Made by a program: the position numbers and the translations under genes. Below, piece after piece: positions 13,707-27,525 of a DNA stretch of 64,000 nucleotides. Location of the stretch: NCBI RefSeq assembly GCF_018350175.1, contig NC_058368.1, positions 166,100,001 through 166,164,000 of the forward strand, written 5' to 3'. Source of the stretch: Felis catus. Taxonomy: Eukaryota. The notes under the pieces are model-generated. The model ran no database searches. It was not told the DNA's origin and saw only the letters and a program-made list of their open reading frames with translations. The stretch's first letter is position 1, and every line of letters starts with the position of its first letter.

Positions 13707-14415
13707 TAAACATGTATCCTAAATGTCAAGGTGGTTCAGATTTGTTATCACAGTAATGGCCTTTATGACCTTAACGTTATTTTGAATTAAAGGAATCTAA
13801 ATTTTACAAATATCATATATGTACACAGGTTCTTTGATGTCAGTCTAAGGAGCAGCAGAAATGAGTGCAGCACATATGTATACCCTTTTTTCTTTATTTC
13901 CTTGAAGGAAGAGGTGGGATTTAGCGTGTCAGTGACCTTTGTGCTGTGGTTGTAATGAAAAGAAATCTGTATGCAATGTGACTGGAACATCTGCATGTTT
14001 TTCAAAAGCAATTATGAAATTAAGTCCTTACTATTTTGGGGAGGGAGTCTACTTTGGGACCACTTTAAAACTGTTACTTAACTTGCTTCTCTAAACTATT
14101 TCTTTACCACATAAATACCACTGAGTAATGCTATAGCTATGTCCATCTTTAAAACCCTAGTTCTGTTCATGTCATTCTATATTTCAAAAGTCCGTCATAT
14201 ATTTCTGCTCCCTAAAAAACAACAGTTTTCTGAGCCTATTACATAAGACCCTATATAATCCCCTTTCTACTGTTTGGCTTTGGTTTTTGGTTTTTTCTTT
14301 CTATGTAACAGTACCCAATTCCAACCTACCTGGCCTACTGTTCACTGCACATGCATTTTACATCTCCGCTCTCATACACTGACAATACTTTATCTTTGTA
14401 TTTTAAAACTATCTT

Positions 14416-14590
14416 GGGGTGCCAGGGTGGCTCCGTCAGTTGAGCATCTGACTCCTGATTTTAGCTCAGGTCATGATTTTATGGTTGTTGGATCGAGCCC
14501 CACATCGGGCTCTGTGCTGAGCACAGAGCCTGCTCAAGATTTTCTCTCCTCTCCCTCTCTCTGACCCTTCCCTGCTCACACTCTCTCTCT
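14416..14590 (+). mobile_element. Can-SINE (older), lacking A-tail
   Basis: GGGGTGCCAGGGTGGCTC head and B-box-like GGATCGAGCCC; ends in (CT)n without poly(A). Confidence 0.92.
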
Positions 14591-15274
14591 ATAACCCATG
14601 CTTATTTGTCCAATTTTTATTATTTTTTGAATATTGTATTTTCACCTCTTTGATGAATCTCTCATTACCCTTAACTTTAAGCTATTACTTGGTTCTGTGA
14701 ATGACTTTGTAGTTATTGGTTTGTGTGTTTCAATTGGCATGTTTAAATAAATTTGGTAGGTTCTGAATTACTTTGTACGTTGCCTCATCTCATACATGCT
14801 GAAACTGTTCTCTCACACACACAGCTGCTCACCAAGATAGTAAATCAACAGCAATTCCACACCTCTGAGGTGAATGACAGAGATTAGCACTGCTTTCAAA
14901 GGCTTGAGTATCCTCTCCAAAATAAAGGTAATTAGTATCACTTATACGCTCAGGACAAATTACTACAGCAAAGTCTGTAGGTTGTCCCACAAGAAAGCTT
15001 TTCCAGAAGTTGTGAGGAAACAAAAACACCACCACATATTTGTGTAAAAAATGAAAGAAAATATTCTGGAGTCTAATTAGCTATTTTACATTAGATATTT
15101 CATTGACTTAGAGAAAAATGTGTTACAATACATTTTTTCTATGTTTGTTTTAGCTCTTCTGCTGCATTTGTCTCTTTGGCATGTGTTTTAGTAAAATCTT
15201 AACAAAATGAAATCGGTATCACACTGTGTTAGACAGTTTTATTATTTCTAGTCTGTATCACTCAGAAATTATGA

Positions 15275-15470
15275 GCCTGGGTGGCTCAGTCAGTTAAGCA
15301 TCTGGTTCTTAGTTTAGGCTCAGGTCATGAATTCATGGTTCATGAGATCGAGCCCCACATCAGGCTCTGCACTGACAACATGGAGCCTGCTTGGGATTCT
15401 CACTCTCCCTCTCTTTCTGCCTCTCTCCTGCTTGCACTCTCTCTATAAATGAAAAATAAACATTAAAAAT
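15275..15470 (+). mobile_element. Can-SINE (older), slightly 5'-truncated
   Basis: Begins 'gcctgggtggctcagtcagttaagc'; B box GAGATCGAGCCC; tail 'aaaaataaacattaaaaa'. Confidence 0.92.
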
Positions 15471-15689
15471 CATAAAATATCAAATCTGAGACTATATCCT
15501 GCCTCTACTTTCATTAAAAGGAAAAACAAAATGCACGTCGAATAGTTTGAAAATCATCTATCAGCTGTTTGAAACACTCAGTATAAGTTACAATAATACA
15601 AAATTTCTAGGTAAAGACAAGAACTAGGGAATATTTAAATAAGTAAAAGAGAATTACTATTCAAAGAATGAACCCCCAGAAACACTTTA

Positions 15690-16068
15690 CCAGCTGCTGT
15701 GAATGTTAGCAGATAACTTTGAGTTACTCCCTTACCCAGCAAATTGCTTAGATGAATGAGTGCTACATGTTTGAGGACTCTTGACTTCTTTTCTCCAGTT
15801 CTGATGCAGCATTGAGTCACTTGACTGATACGAGGGTATAAAAAGTTCTCTTGTGTCAAGGTGCTACTAATTCCATGGTGCAACTTGCGCTTCAGCACTT
15901 TCCTGTGCAAACTGCAGCTAGTTCCCAGCTATAACGGCATTCTTACTTTGCTTTTTTTTCCTTCTTCTACTTGCTTCCTTCATCTTTACTGAGAATACTC
16001 CCCCAGTACAACAATTGATCAAGATTCCCCATCTCAGGTTCTACTTCTAAGGAAATTTACTTAATGCA
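15690..16068 (+). mobile_element. LTR16-like ERVL solo LTR (ancient)
   Basis: 3' end 'ccccatctcaggttctacttctaaggaaatttacttaatgca' resembles LTR16 terminus. Left boundary approximate. Confidence 0.55.
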
Positions 16069-17479
16069 AATCTTTGGCGCAAACTTATGGTAAGCCAATC
16101 ATGATTCCCAGACTAACACGGCAAAATTCTTTGATATCCAGAATGGTATCAGATTATAGGAACTACTGGGTTTTGAACAGATTCTGTCATGTAGTATTTT
16201 CATTAAGACTTTTGATATTATCACAATACAAAAGTAAGAGGCAGGTTCCTAAAATCATTAGTTTTGGTTAATTTTTAGTATTCAGAACTTACTGAGAAGG
16301 AGTATTATGACCTTCAATACTCAATATTCAAATATCAGATTCCTTGAAGTAAGCCTTCTCCAAAATCTTTGATTTATAGTTCTATAACTGTGTCAAATCT
16401 TTTATTAAGGGCTGTTGGCAGATGAATACTGTTACTAATGTTATGATTAATCATAAAATGTTTAGTAATCCAAATAACCCTTATGAGGAAACAGGAAAAC
16501 ACTGGTTTAAAATAGAGGGAAAAAATGCAACCACAGCTGCAACAGGAACTGAAAGCATCATGACTGCATCCGCTGCACGAAAACCCTAAGACCTTTATCT
16601 CAATAAAATTTTTGCTTTGTTCTTTCTTCTTTGTTCTAATACAACATGATGTCAAAAGTCTGAAAACTGAGCAAATATCTATTATCAACTTGAACTTCCA
16701 GTTCTGAAGGAAACAAAATAATGAGAATTACATCTACACAAGAACTACCATAAAGGCTTTACGATGGTCTCTCTAGAATTTTATTTTATACATCACAGCT
16801 CTACAACCTCCACAGAAACATGTATTACTGACCTATAATGAAATAAATTATTAGATATTTAAAAATATATCTACATTATGTATCAATAAAATAAAACATC
16901 AGCACAAGAAAATGTTATTCTCTACATTAAATAATTCTAAATTAAATTGTTTAATATTCCTTTCCTTTACTAATTAAGGCATTTGTTAAACTTGTATAAT
17001 TTTAAGGTAACAAGGAGAACCTAATGGAGTTCTATTGAATTTTTTCCCATTAAGTTAACATTATAGACTTTTAATGAATGTCTTAATTAGATACTCTTAT
17101 TAACAGGGTTGATGCACAAATGAAAATCAGTCTCAATGTATGCAATATACCTCATTAGCATTCACTGCAAGACACTGACCAAAAAACCTCTTAATTAAAA
17201 CTTTGTCTAATCCTCCTATGTATAACTGCCCATTCAACAATGTGCGTGTGTTCAGAAATGCACTAGTAAATCAAAAGAGTAATAGCATTGAACTTAAATT
17301 TTGTAAATTTGCACTTCTTTTATGCCCACTTTTTCTTGTGTCCTCCAGTTTTCCCATATTATTCTTTCGTTTCATTTAGTACACATACAATAGCAAATTT
17401 TGTACCTTGCTTTTGCTATAACTCATATTTGCCTTCCTTTCATTGCAAGTAAGTTAACATGTTTCACTTGCTCCTTTCT

Positions 17480-18570
17480 CATTTGTTCCTCAACATACCT
17501 CGATCTCACTTTTGCCTAATCATTCCAATAGCTATTCTCAATATGGTCATCTCCAATCTTTGTAGTGACACCAGATCTGGAGACCATTTTTCTTTGTTTC
17601 CTTACATGACTTCGGTAGTCACTGACTTCATTCTGACAAACTTTATGAAATTTTCTCTGTCTACACTTCTACATACTTCATTTTCTAGGTTCCCATTTAT
17701 CTCAGTGGCTATTTCTCCTCAAGTTTCAATTGTATGTAATGGAAATGACATTACATATGTGTGCACTATCTGGATGGCTGTGCTCTTGGTCCTCTGTTCT
17801 CATGGTATATAATCTACTCAGGTGATCTCATCAACACCTATAAACTAAATATCAGATACAAACTGGTTCATTGATTCAACAAATGTTTATCAAATGTCTA
17901 ATTGGGGAAGGTACTTTACTAGGTGTTGGAACATAGGAGTAAACAAAGCAGACAGTTTTGGCCTCTCATGAGGCTTATATTGTAAGCTTCAGAAAACTAC
18001 AATAATTAGCAAATTATATCTAATACAGACCTCTCTCATGGGCTTAAAATGTGTATATCTATCTGCCTATTGTAAATAGTTCCTAGGATATTTCACAGCT
18101 ACTCAAATTCTACATGTTGAAAGGATAATTATTAATCTGTTTAGGCTATTCTGTTCCTTTTCTTATAGCTCTCATCTGAGTGAGTTGCATCAAGGTCCAT
18201 AAATTTTTCCAAGAAACATATTTAGGAAACACCCTAATCTTTATCTTTTTCACCCCTACACATCCAATCAACTCAATCCTCAAAAGTATGTTCCCCTCTC
18301 TCCATTTACTGTTATTTGTTTAAACTCACATCAATTCCTTCATGGATTTAAATAATAAATTTTCTTGCTTCTTTATAGAATTACAACACTGCTAAACATC
18401 CTTTATTGAAGTAAAGTAAACATACCTTATTGAACATGTATGTTTCTTCAAACACTGATAATCTACAGCTTGCTAGTGTTATCAAATTACCACTCACAGA
18501 CATACATCCCTTCAGCCATACTAAACCACTTGATTTTGCTGAATGTGTGTCATATCTCATTTCTCTTTAA
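17480..18570 (+). mobile_element. LINE-2 fragments
   Basis: L2-like motifs ('atatctatctgcctatt...cacagctactcaaattctacatg', 'catccaatc'); a short opposite-strand L2 3' end near 17865-17985. Confidence 0.55.
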
Positions 18571-18634
18571 CTTATAAATGAGTGAAACGCTCCTGGAAGG
18601 AAAATTAGAAAATAAGAGAAAAGGAAGAAATGAA

Positions 18635-18871
18635 TTTTTTTAGTTTTTATTTATTTATTTATTTATTTTGAGAGAGAGAGAGAGAGAGAGAGAGAGTGCA
18701 CAAGCAGGAGAGGGGCAGCATGAGAAGGAAAGAGAGAGAATCCCATGCAGGCTCCGCACCAGCAGCACAGAGCCCGATGTGGGGCTCCAACCCATGAACC
18801 GTTAGATCATGACCTGAGCAAATCTAAATCAAGAGTTGGATGTTTAACTGACTGAGCCACCCAGGTGCCCC
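18635..18871 (-). mobile_element. Can-SINE nested in old L1
   Basis: Reverse head 'gagccacccaggtgcccc', (GA)n tract, T-rich tail; degenerate TSD aagaa(a/t)tgaa.ttttt. Confidence 0.95.
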
Positions 18872-19009
18872 AAGAATTGAAATTTTTAACTAAAAAATAT
18901 AATATATGAAATAAAAAATTCACTGTAATGGGCTCAATATCAGAATGGAGATGACAATAGCCAGGGGACCAGTGGAATTTTTCATATATCAGTAGAAATT
19001 ATACAATTT

Positions 19010-19446
19010 TGTCCTGGGTTAGTTAACATCTTCCCCAAAATTCATGTCCTTCCTAGAACCTTAGAATGTGACTTTATTGGAAATGGGTTCATTGCAGATG
19101 CTACTAGTTAAGATGAGTGTTACTAGGGTAGAGTGAGCCCTTAATCCAATACAACTGGTGTCCTTCTAAGAAGAGGAGACAGATGCACAGGAAGAATACT
19201 ATGTGATGACAGAGGCAGAGACAGGAGTGATGTAGCTGCAAATCAAGGATGCCAATGATTGATGCCCACCATCAGAAGCTATGAAGAAGCAAGGAAGGAT
19301 GTTACCCAGAGTCTCAGAGGAAGCATAACCCTGTTGACATCTTGCTTTTTGACTTCTAGCCTCCAAAACCATAAGTAAATACGTTTTTGTTATTTTAAGC
19401 CAGACAGTGTGGTACTGTGTTACAGAAGCCCCAAGAAACTAATACA
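19010..19446 (+). mobile_element. MLT1 (MaLR) solo LTR, MLT1C-like, nested in old L1
   Basis: TG...CA ends; 'ccccaaaattcatgtcc...agaatgtgactttattggaaatggg' and 'gaaactaataca'; L1 sequence resumes on both sides. Confidence 0.88.
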
Positions 19447-20999
19447 TATATGAAGAACAGAGTGAAACAAATAAAAGAATGAATAGATGTATAAAGACCT
19501 GTAGGACAATATCAAAAGGTCTGATACTCTTGTCACTGAAGCCCCATAGAGACAGGATAAGGTGACTGGCATATCACAAGTATTTGAAGAAATACATTCT
19601 TTACAACTTGTGAATTGGGTAAAAATAATAAGCTGAATGATTCAAGAAGCAGCACATCCCACAGAAGATAAACTCCAAAAAAACAAAGAAAAAATAATAT
19701 AAAAGCCCACTCGTACAAAATATAACCAAATTGCAGAAAATAAGATACAAAGCAAAAAATCTTGAAACAATAAAGGAAAAATGTCATACTGTTTGTAAAG
19801 GTGTGGTGACTCAAATGGCAGTAAATTTTCAATAGAAACCATGGTAGAACAATGTCTATGAAGTGTTAGATGGAATGTCAACCTTGATGTTTACATCAAA
19901 TGGAAATATTCTTTAGATAAAGCTAAATAAATAAAGAGGAAGGAAAAAAAAGAGGATCCATCACCAGCAAAACTGCTCTAAAATAAATGCTAATAGAAGG
20001 TCTATAGCTTGAAGAGAAATGATCCTCAAAAGAAACACAGAACTTTTGGAATAAGAAAGCAACAGAAATGGAAAATATCTGCGTAAATAAAGAAGTGTGT
20101 AGTTTAATGTTTAAGTTTTCTAAGTATATATGGATGATGACAACAAAATAAAATTGTGCAGGTGATTTTCAAGGTGTGTTGAATTCTGGGTTCCATGTTT
20201 TACTTGTGATTTTGTAATATTAGCTCTCATTAGACTAAACTATATGTATATTCTCCTTGAAATGAATGCTAGCAAACTAAAATAACAAAATGTAGCCCAA
20301 AAGCCAGTACATAGATTAAAATCATATAGTAAAATATAATGAAAATATAAAAGGTAGGTAAACAGGGAGCAGAGGGTAAATAGAAGACAAATATCAAAAT
20401 GGTATACCTACATCCTACCGTATCAACAATTACAATAAATGCAAATGGTACATCAATTCAAAAACAGAGATTCTGAAATTGGATTTTTAAAAATTACACC
20501 CAACTATACACTGCCTACAAGAAGCCCACTCTAATTATAATAATATAAATAGGTTAAAAGTAAATAATAGAAAAGTTATGCCATGTGAGTACTGATCAAA
20601 AGAAAGTAGGAGTGGTTATATTAGTATCAGAGTATACTTCATAACAAAGTATATTACCAGGGATAAATAAGGTAATTTCATATTCTTAAAAGTCTCAATC
20701 AAGAAAATGGACAAATCACAATGTATGTGCAGTTCATAGGGCTTCAAAATATGTGAAACAAAAATTCATATAACTACAAGAAAAATGCATGTGCATTCAG
20801 ACAAACAATAAGACACTGTTAGACAAGACAATGGCAAAAGTAGCAAGTACAAAATGAAGGTCTATCAAACTGACGGAGCTTATTTGAATGAAAGCACTAT
20901 AAATATACATCCTTAAAAAAATTAAAATCTAGGAACGATGTTCAAGTGGCTGGGATATAGGACTTTCCTAGGCAAATTGAGGTGACATATATGGCCATT

Positions 21000-21710
21000 T
21001 CTCCCATGACTCCTATCTATGACTTCCATAATCCATCTTAATAATAAATGCCACATAATTCACTTAGTGCTCATGCTAAAAACTATGACTCACCTTTGAC
21101 ATCTTTCCTTCATAACCTACATCCAATCTATCAGTAAGTTCTATTAATTCTAACATCATAATATATTTGAAGATAACGAAATACTTCTCATTACCTCCAC
21201 AACCTCTCTTAATCCAAATCACTATGATTTCTCACCTTCATTATTAAAACGGCCTTCTAACTGCTCTAGTAGCTATCACTATTGTGGTTCTTCCACATTT
21301 TATTTTCTCTGGAGTAGCCAGATTGATCTGCATAAAACTTAGATTCTGTCACCCTTATGCTCAATATTTTCCTGTAGTTTCTCTAAGACAAAATAGAATG
21401 AAACAGAAATTCCATTACATCATCTACAAGACATTGGATGATCTGGCCTCTTTCTGTTAGAAAGGGTTCTCATAACTACTTTATGTAAGGTGGCATTCCT
21501 TCCCTTGTCACTCTCTCTGCTATCCAGCATCATTTTTCTATTTTTCTTTAGAATACAGCATGTGATACTCCATATATATAAAGTCAGGTTTAATGCCTGA
21601 CTTTTCATGAGGATAGGGAATGCGTCTGTATTGTGCACCTGTGTATTCACCACATCTAAAAGCGTACCTAGACATGGACAGAAGTAAATAAACATGTTCT
21701 GAATAAATTA
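21000..21710 (+). mobile_element. LINE-2 (L2a-like) 3' fragment
   Basis: 'acatccaatctatcagtaagttctatt' motif; terminus 'gtacctagacatggacagaagtaaataaacatgttctgaataaatt'. Confidence 0.7.
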
Positions 21711-21719
21711 AAGAGCATA

Positions 21720-21920
21720 ATTATTCACTTACTTTGTTTTAGGAGTTGTGCTAAGAATTTAATATAAATAACCCTATTTGAAAATCACATGAATATTTTA
21801 AAGTAAATACACTTTTCTTGGTTTTATATGAATAAACTGTAAATACAAAAACTTTTTAGTATTTTCCCAAAGTTCATACAGATACTTAGTGATGAAAATA
21901 GAATTCAGACTAGACTTCTT
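21720..21920 (-). mobile_element. MIR (degenerate)
   Basis: 'ttgtgctaagaattt...ttttatatgaataaactg...ttcccaaagttcatacag...agaattcagactag' follows the antisense MIR core layout. Confidence 0.5.
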
Positions 21921-22299
21921 TATTATTCCAACATTTCAACAAATGTGTTACATATATCTCAGCTACTAAAAGGATTTTATGAAACACACAGCTACATGTC
22001 TTTGTAAGTGCATGTATTTTTCTTAAGTGTACCTTAAAATAAGACACTGACTAGAGGAGCCAACTGGTGAATTCACAGATATTATTGCCTATGGCATGGC
22101 TAACTTCATTTCAGTGTAAAATGTGAGGCACCCCTTTCAGGAGTAGGATGCCTAGTTATCCACAGAAAAGCTCTCACCATCAAACACTTAAAATTGTTTT
22201 ATAACATGTTTTAAATATATATATACATACACACAAACACACACACACACATATATATTAAATATTTGAATGAACTAACTGAAGAGTAAAGGAAATGTC

Positions 22300-24000
22300 T
22301 GCAGCCCAGAAGGGATGGTAAATATAAATACAGAAAGATAAATGAAAGGTAATAGTCAGTGCAATAGACATCTACTGATCTCTGGTAGCCTAGAGCCTGG
22401 GTTTTCATGTGGGAGTAAAGACCAACCTGAGATACATGCAAGTTGGGAGCTATGTGTGGAGATCCCTCAATCATCTAAACATGACACTCTGGTGGCAAAG
22501 TAGTAAGAAATCTACCCTGCAGATGAAGCTATTGCGAAGTTTGCCTGTTTCCACTATAACTTTAAATTAAACAAAAATAAAAAAAAGCATCCTCTGAGCG
22601 CTCTCAAAGACATGACTCTCAGACATGACTTTATTCTACCTGTGATGCCTCAAAAATGAGAGCTGAAAATTTCATTTAAAGTGATCTTGGTTTGTAATGT
22701 CCCTGGGAGCCCAATACATGCAAAGACAAACTCTAACTGGAAAATAAATTTAAACTGGTTGTTTAAAGATTAACGATTACTCACAAATAAAAGTCAAAGT
22801 TTTATAATCTGAGAAAGAGAAAAAGAAGAAGAATAAAGCAAAATCAGAAAATTGTGAAGAGAAATGGAAAGAGGACCATCAAGTAAAAAACCTGCAAAAT
22901 AAAATACGAAAAATGAAAATACTAATATTTTATATATAAAGTATGAAATGAGCATTACTAAGGAATAAGAAATGATGAAACATGATATGCAAACTTGAAG
23001 GAAAGCCATATACTTCTGGAAATAAAGAATTAAGATTCACATCTCAAATGACAGGTTAAGTAAACTATTACATTAGACACAGTTGAAGAGAATATAGTGT
23101 GAAGAAATTACCCAGAAAGAATCACTGTGGCTCAAAAAAAATATTTGGTAAAATGAAGAAAAGGTTTGGTCCCACAAAGGGGAGATTTCAGGACTCACTA
23201 GGTCCAGAAGGACTGAAGACACAGAAATGGGAAACGACAATAATCAATGAGATTAAGACTATGACTTTCTCATAAATAATTAAACATAACTATCCTTACA
23301 TTGAGAAAGACAGATCCCAAACAGATAAACAAAAGACAATAAGTACTGTCACATAAACAATAAATATTAACAGAATACCTTAAAAACAAAGAATATTTAA
23401 AAACAATATTCTAAAAAAGAAAACTTTAAAAATCAAGGACAGATTTCTTTTTTTTTTAATTTTTTTTCAACGTTTTTATTTATTTTTGGGACAGAGAGAG
23501 ACAGAGCATGAACGGGGGAGGGGCAGAGACAGAGGGAGACACAGAATCGGAACCAGGCTCCAGGCTCCCAGCCATCAGCCCAGAGCCTGACGCGGGGCTC
23601 GAACTCACGGACCACGAGATCGTGACCTGGCTGAAGTCGGATGCTTAACCGACTGCGCCACCCAGGCGCCCCAAGGACAGATTTCTTATAAAGGAATGAA
23701 AAGTAGGATGAGTAAGACTTCTCAAAACCAACAAAAAAAGTTAGAAACAGGGTAAATTCTTCATTCGGGAACACACAATTACATAACAACTATAGTTGAC
23801 TATAGTTTCCAAATGAGGGTGAAATAAAAGTAAAAATCTTAAGAGATAATTCAATTAAAATTCCCTCATTAAAATACTTTTAAACTATTTCAAGAAAAAG
23901 AAAATTATTCCAGAAGGCAGTTCTTAGGTACAAACAGAGATGTTGAACAAAGAAAATAATAAATATGTAGGTAAACTGAAAAAATTTTTAAAATATATGT
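22300..24000 (+). mobile_element. Old LINE-1 5'/ORF1 region (degenerate)
   Basis: A-rich, with ORF1-like 'attagacacagttgaagagaat...gaagaaattacccagaa' and 'agacttctcaaaaccaaca'. Boundaries approximate. Confidence 0.55.
23450..23672 (-). mobile_element. Can-SINE, felid SINEC_Fc (young)
   Basis: CpG-rich, intact boxes; perfect 15-bp TSD aaggacagatttctt (23435-23449, 23673-23687). Confidence 0.97.
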
Positions 24001-25945
24001 TATATGAAAGTCAATTTGAAGGAAGTTTTATAAATAAATAATATCTTCAGTTATATGTGTTCATGGCACTTATCATGATGACAGTACAATAATGCCTGAT
24101 TTGGGGAACTCTTTGCTCTCTTCCATGAAACAACATCAAAGAATTTCTTTAATCTGTTGGTTACAATCTGCACACATGCCAATTAAGCTCTGAAATAAAT
24201 ATCCTACATATTGTGGCATCATAATTATAGTTCACCACCATAAACTATTAACTGGCATATTGTAATACAGAATAAAATCTGAAGAAGTGTTTGCTGAATT
24301 ATTGAAAGCTTTAAGTAACAATATAAAATAGTTCCATTTTAAGTATATTTCTTTCCTTTTGATTACAAACGATTTTATTGATAGTAATTCTTATTTCATT
24401 ATATAAATATAAAACATTGTATAGGATCTTAAATAATAACGTGCATTAATACACTCATACATACAGTTTCCTGGTATAAAAGGTATCAGCTGTAGTCAAC
24501 ATTTAAACTTGAATGTTTTAAGGACACATAGTTGGATGTGCTTGCCCAAGTTTACATGGTGTGACAGAAAATGAGCTATATTTTTTCATTATAACATAAT
24601 AAAGAAGGGATCCTGCCTCAAGCAAAAATGTTAGGCATCTATATATAGTTTGTCATAAGATTTGCAACAATAATTCCATTATTACACTATAATAATGCCA
24701 AGAGGTGAACTAGGTGTGATAATAAATTAACTTTATTTACATGGCATGTTTGTAAGTGAAGACAATCTAATTAGATCAACTTTAATTATCTCTAGAGGGA
24801 AAGAGTTGTTATTGATTGGTTTGTGAAAAGGACAATAAGATAATTCATTAAAGTTGTTTTCTTATTTGCCAACTTAATAAAATGCTTAAAGTACAACTTT
24901 TGTTAAAAGTAAGTCCTAAATCTATGAAGGTGTCAAAAAGAAACATTCCTTCCCTTCCTGTGTTTCTCAACTTAGATATGATTTCCTTATAACGTGTTTT
25001 GTCTTACTTTAAAAGACTTAAAAATTACCATGTCTTATTTTGATCTCAAGTCAGAATTTGGATGTGGGTGTACCACAAATAAATTTCAAATCTTAAAGTG
25101 AATTTGGCGTTCAATGTGGTCAATAATTTTGACAGCTCCTCAGTAGGCCACGGTTGCCTACTGTTAATAGACAATATGAATGCCTATGCTCCAGTACATA
25201 AGCCACATATTTTATTTTTACAAATGTCTTAAATTGTGATAGGGTCTCTCTACATCTTCAGTGTGGATTTTATGTTATTCAAAATTAATATAAGCTACGA
25301 GATAATCTATCATAAAGTCTTATTTCCTTTTGGTAATTCTAATTTAGTTTCTTTGTCGGTCACAGGACTAAGGTCCCACCCATGTCTACTTTGGCTGATT
25401 ACTGATCATGAACTTCCTTCCTTTTACTCTTCCATTATTTTAATATAGAGAACAATAGTAAAAAATAAAGTGTAGACGAATAGTATGATTTTGAAGTTCA
25501 AGGGGAAAAAATTAGTAAGCAAATTAGGGGCATCAGAGAATCATTAATATTTATTAAAACATTGAGCTACACCTTCGGATACTTTATTTGCCCATTCAGA
25601 ATAATATATTGAATACTGTTTGTTGTCAATACATATTAATTTGGAAAGGGGATTTATGTATTAGCTACTAAACTGGGTGGCAAAGTGATATTCACTACTT
25701 TTTGCCTTCAGGGATTCTTTTATTCTATGATGATGATGCCACTCCAATATCAAAGCAATTATTAATTTGGCCTAAGAAAAATATTCTCTGTGTGAGTCTT
25801 CCCAATATAATTATTGAATATACAAATTTTCCACTGAGGTCTCTGAAGTCTGATGAAAGGTATTAAAAGATTTAGACATAATGTCCACAAGGGTGATTTA
25901 ATGTAATCATAATATAATTATGCATTAGATAAAAGTGAGATTTTT

Positions 25946-26175
25946 AGGGACGCCTGGGTGGCTCAGTCAGTTGAGCATCCAACTTCAGCTCTGGTCATGA
26001 TATCGCGGTCTGTGAGTTCGAGCCCCACGTCGGGCTCTGTGCTGACAGCTTGGAGCCTAGAGCCTGCTTCAGATTCTGTGTCTCCCTCTCTCTCTGCACC
26101 TCTCCTGCTCACTCTCATGCTCTGTCTCTGTCTCTCTCTCTCTCTCAAAAATAAACATTAAAAAACATTTTTTTA
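25946..26175 (+). mobile_element. Can-SINE (felid type)
   Basis: Head, B box GAGTTCGAGCCC, CT tract, tail; 15-bp TSD aaaagtgagattttt (25931-25945, 26176-26190). Confidence 0.96.
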
Positions 26176-26601
26176 AAAAGTGAGATTTTTTTAAATGTGG
26201 CTTATATTTGAGACTTATATTAGAATATTGAAATTTTATACCTTTACAATAATTTTAAGAGCTGATTATTAGGTCACTGAACTTAAGAAAACTCATTTAG
26301 GAAATATTGCCCTATTAACCATGCATACTGTTCTTTAAGGCTTAACAATCAATTTTATTCTTTCATTCCAATATGCTTTTTTTGATCATTCCTCTAGCTT
26401 AGCCGTGATAAAAGAAAATGATGACTATACTGACAGTAAAATAGACTCATTATCTATACATAAGGTACAAAAAATCTGTTGCATAACCTTATATTAAAAG
26501 AACTTGAATATGGTTATCTAATATTATCAGTGGATATCAGGGCAGAGTTGAACAAGAGATCAGGTAGTTGACATGTGCCATTTTAAGAAACCAAAATTTT
26601 T

Positions 26602-26822
26602 GGGGCGCCTGGGTGGCGCAGTCGGTTGAGCATCCGACTTCAGCCAGGTCACGATCTCGCGGTCTGTGAGTTCGAGCCCCGCGTCGGGCTCTGGGCTGAT
26701 GGCTCAGAGCCTGGAGCCTGTTTGCTATTCGGTGTCTCCCTCTCTCTCTGCCCCTCGCCCGTTCATGCTCTGTCTCTCTCTGTCCCAAAAATAAATAAAC
26801 GTTGAAAAAAAAATTAAAAAAA
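26602..26822 (+). mobile_element. Can-SINE, felid SINEC_Fc (young)
   Basis: SINEC_Fc diagnostics; 17-bp TSD aagaaa(c/t)caaaattttt with one mismatch. Confidence 0.97.
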
Positions 26823-27159
26823 AAGAAATCAAAATTTTTATCAGAATATTTTCAGAAATAAAATGTTTTATTTTCAAGTAACAAGAAAGCTACATAGTAA
26901 ATATACAGAAGATAAAAGACAACCTTCATAATTTTCTGTAGAAATAATTATTTTCTATTATAAATGAAAATGTGAAACATGGTCTCAGATAATTTTTCTT
27001 ATTAGTTTTGTGTAACTACAGGTGATTTCTAGAGTATGAGACATCAGATTCTGTGTATTACCCTAAATATAACCATCCTTGTCTGTGTCATATACAAAGA
27101 ACTCAACCCATCAAGGCCAATAATAGTCTTTTAAGGCTCTCTACATGCTATATAAAATG

Positions 27160-27525
27160 GCATTCAGACTGAATTGTTTCCCTCAGAAACATGCATTGAC
27201 ATAATAATTCCCAGTACCTCAGAACTGTAACTTTATTTGGAAACAGAGTCCATGTAGATGTGAAAATACAGACATACAGGGAGAATGTCATGTGACAATG
27301 TAGGCAGAGACTGAAATGATGTGGCTGCAAGCCAAGGAACACCAAGGATTAAGCCACCCTCAGAAGCCAGAAGAGGCAAGAAGGATTCTTTCCAACAGGT
27401 AACAGAGGGAGTATGGCCTGCCAACACACTGATTTTCCACTTCTAACCTCTAGAGCTATGAGACAATCAATTTCTGTTGTTTGAAGCCACCCAGTGTTTG
27501 GTACTTTGTCAAGGCAGTAGCTCTT
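27160..27525 (+). mobile_element. MLT1 (MaLR) LTR
   Basis: 'cccagtacctcagaactgtaactttatttggaaacag', 'cagaagccagaagaggcaagaaggattct', 'aatttctgttgtttgaagccacccagtgtttggtactttgt'. Confidence 0.85.

Larger units (their letters stand above)
18590..20790 (+). mobile_element. Old LINE-1 (L1M class), ORF1 to ORF2-endonuclease region, degenerate
   Basis: A-rich sense strand with L1 motifs: 'aataaaaaattcact...gggctcaatatcagaatggag', 'ccaactatacactgcctacaagaagcccact', 'aaagaaagtaggagtggttatattagtatcaga'. Confidence 0.75.
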
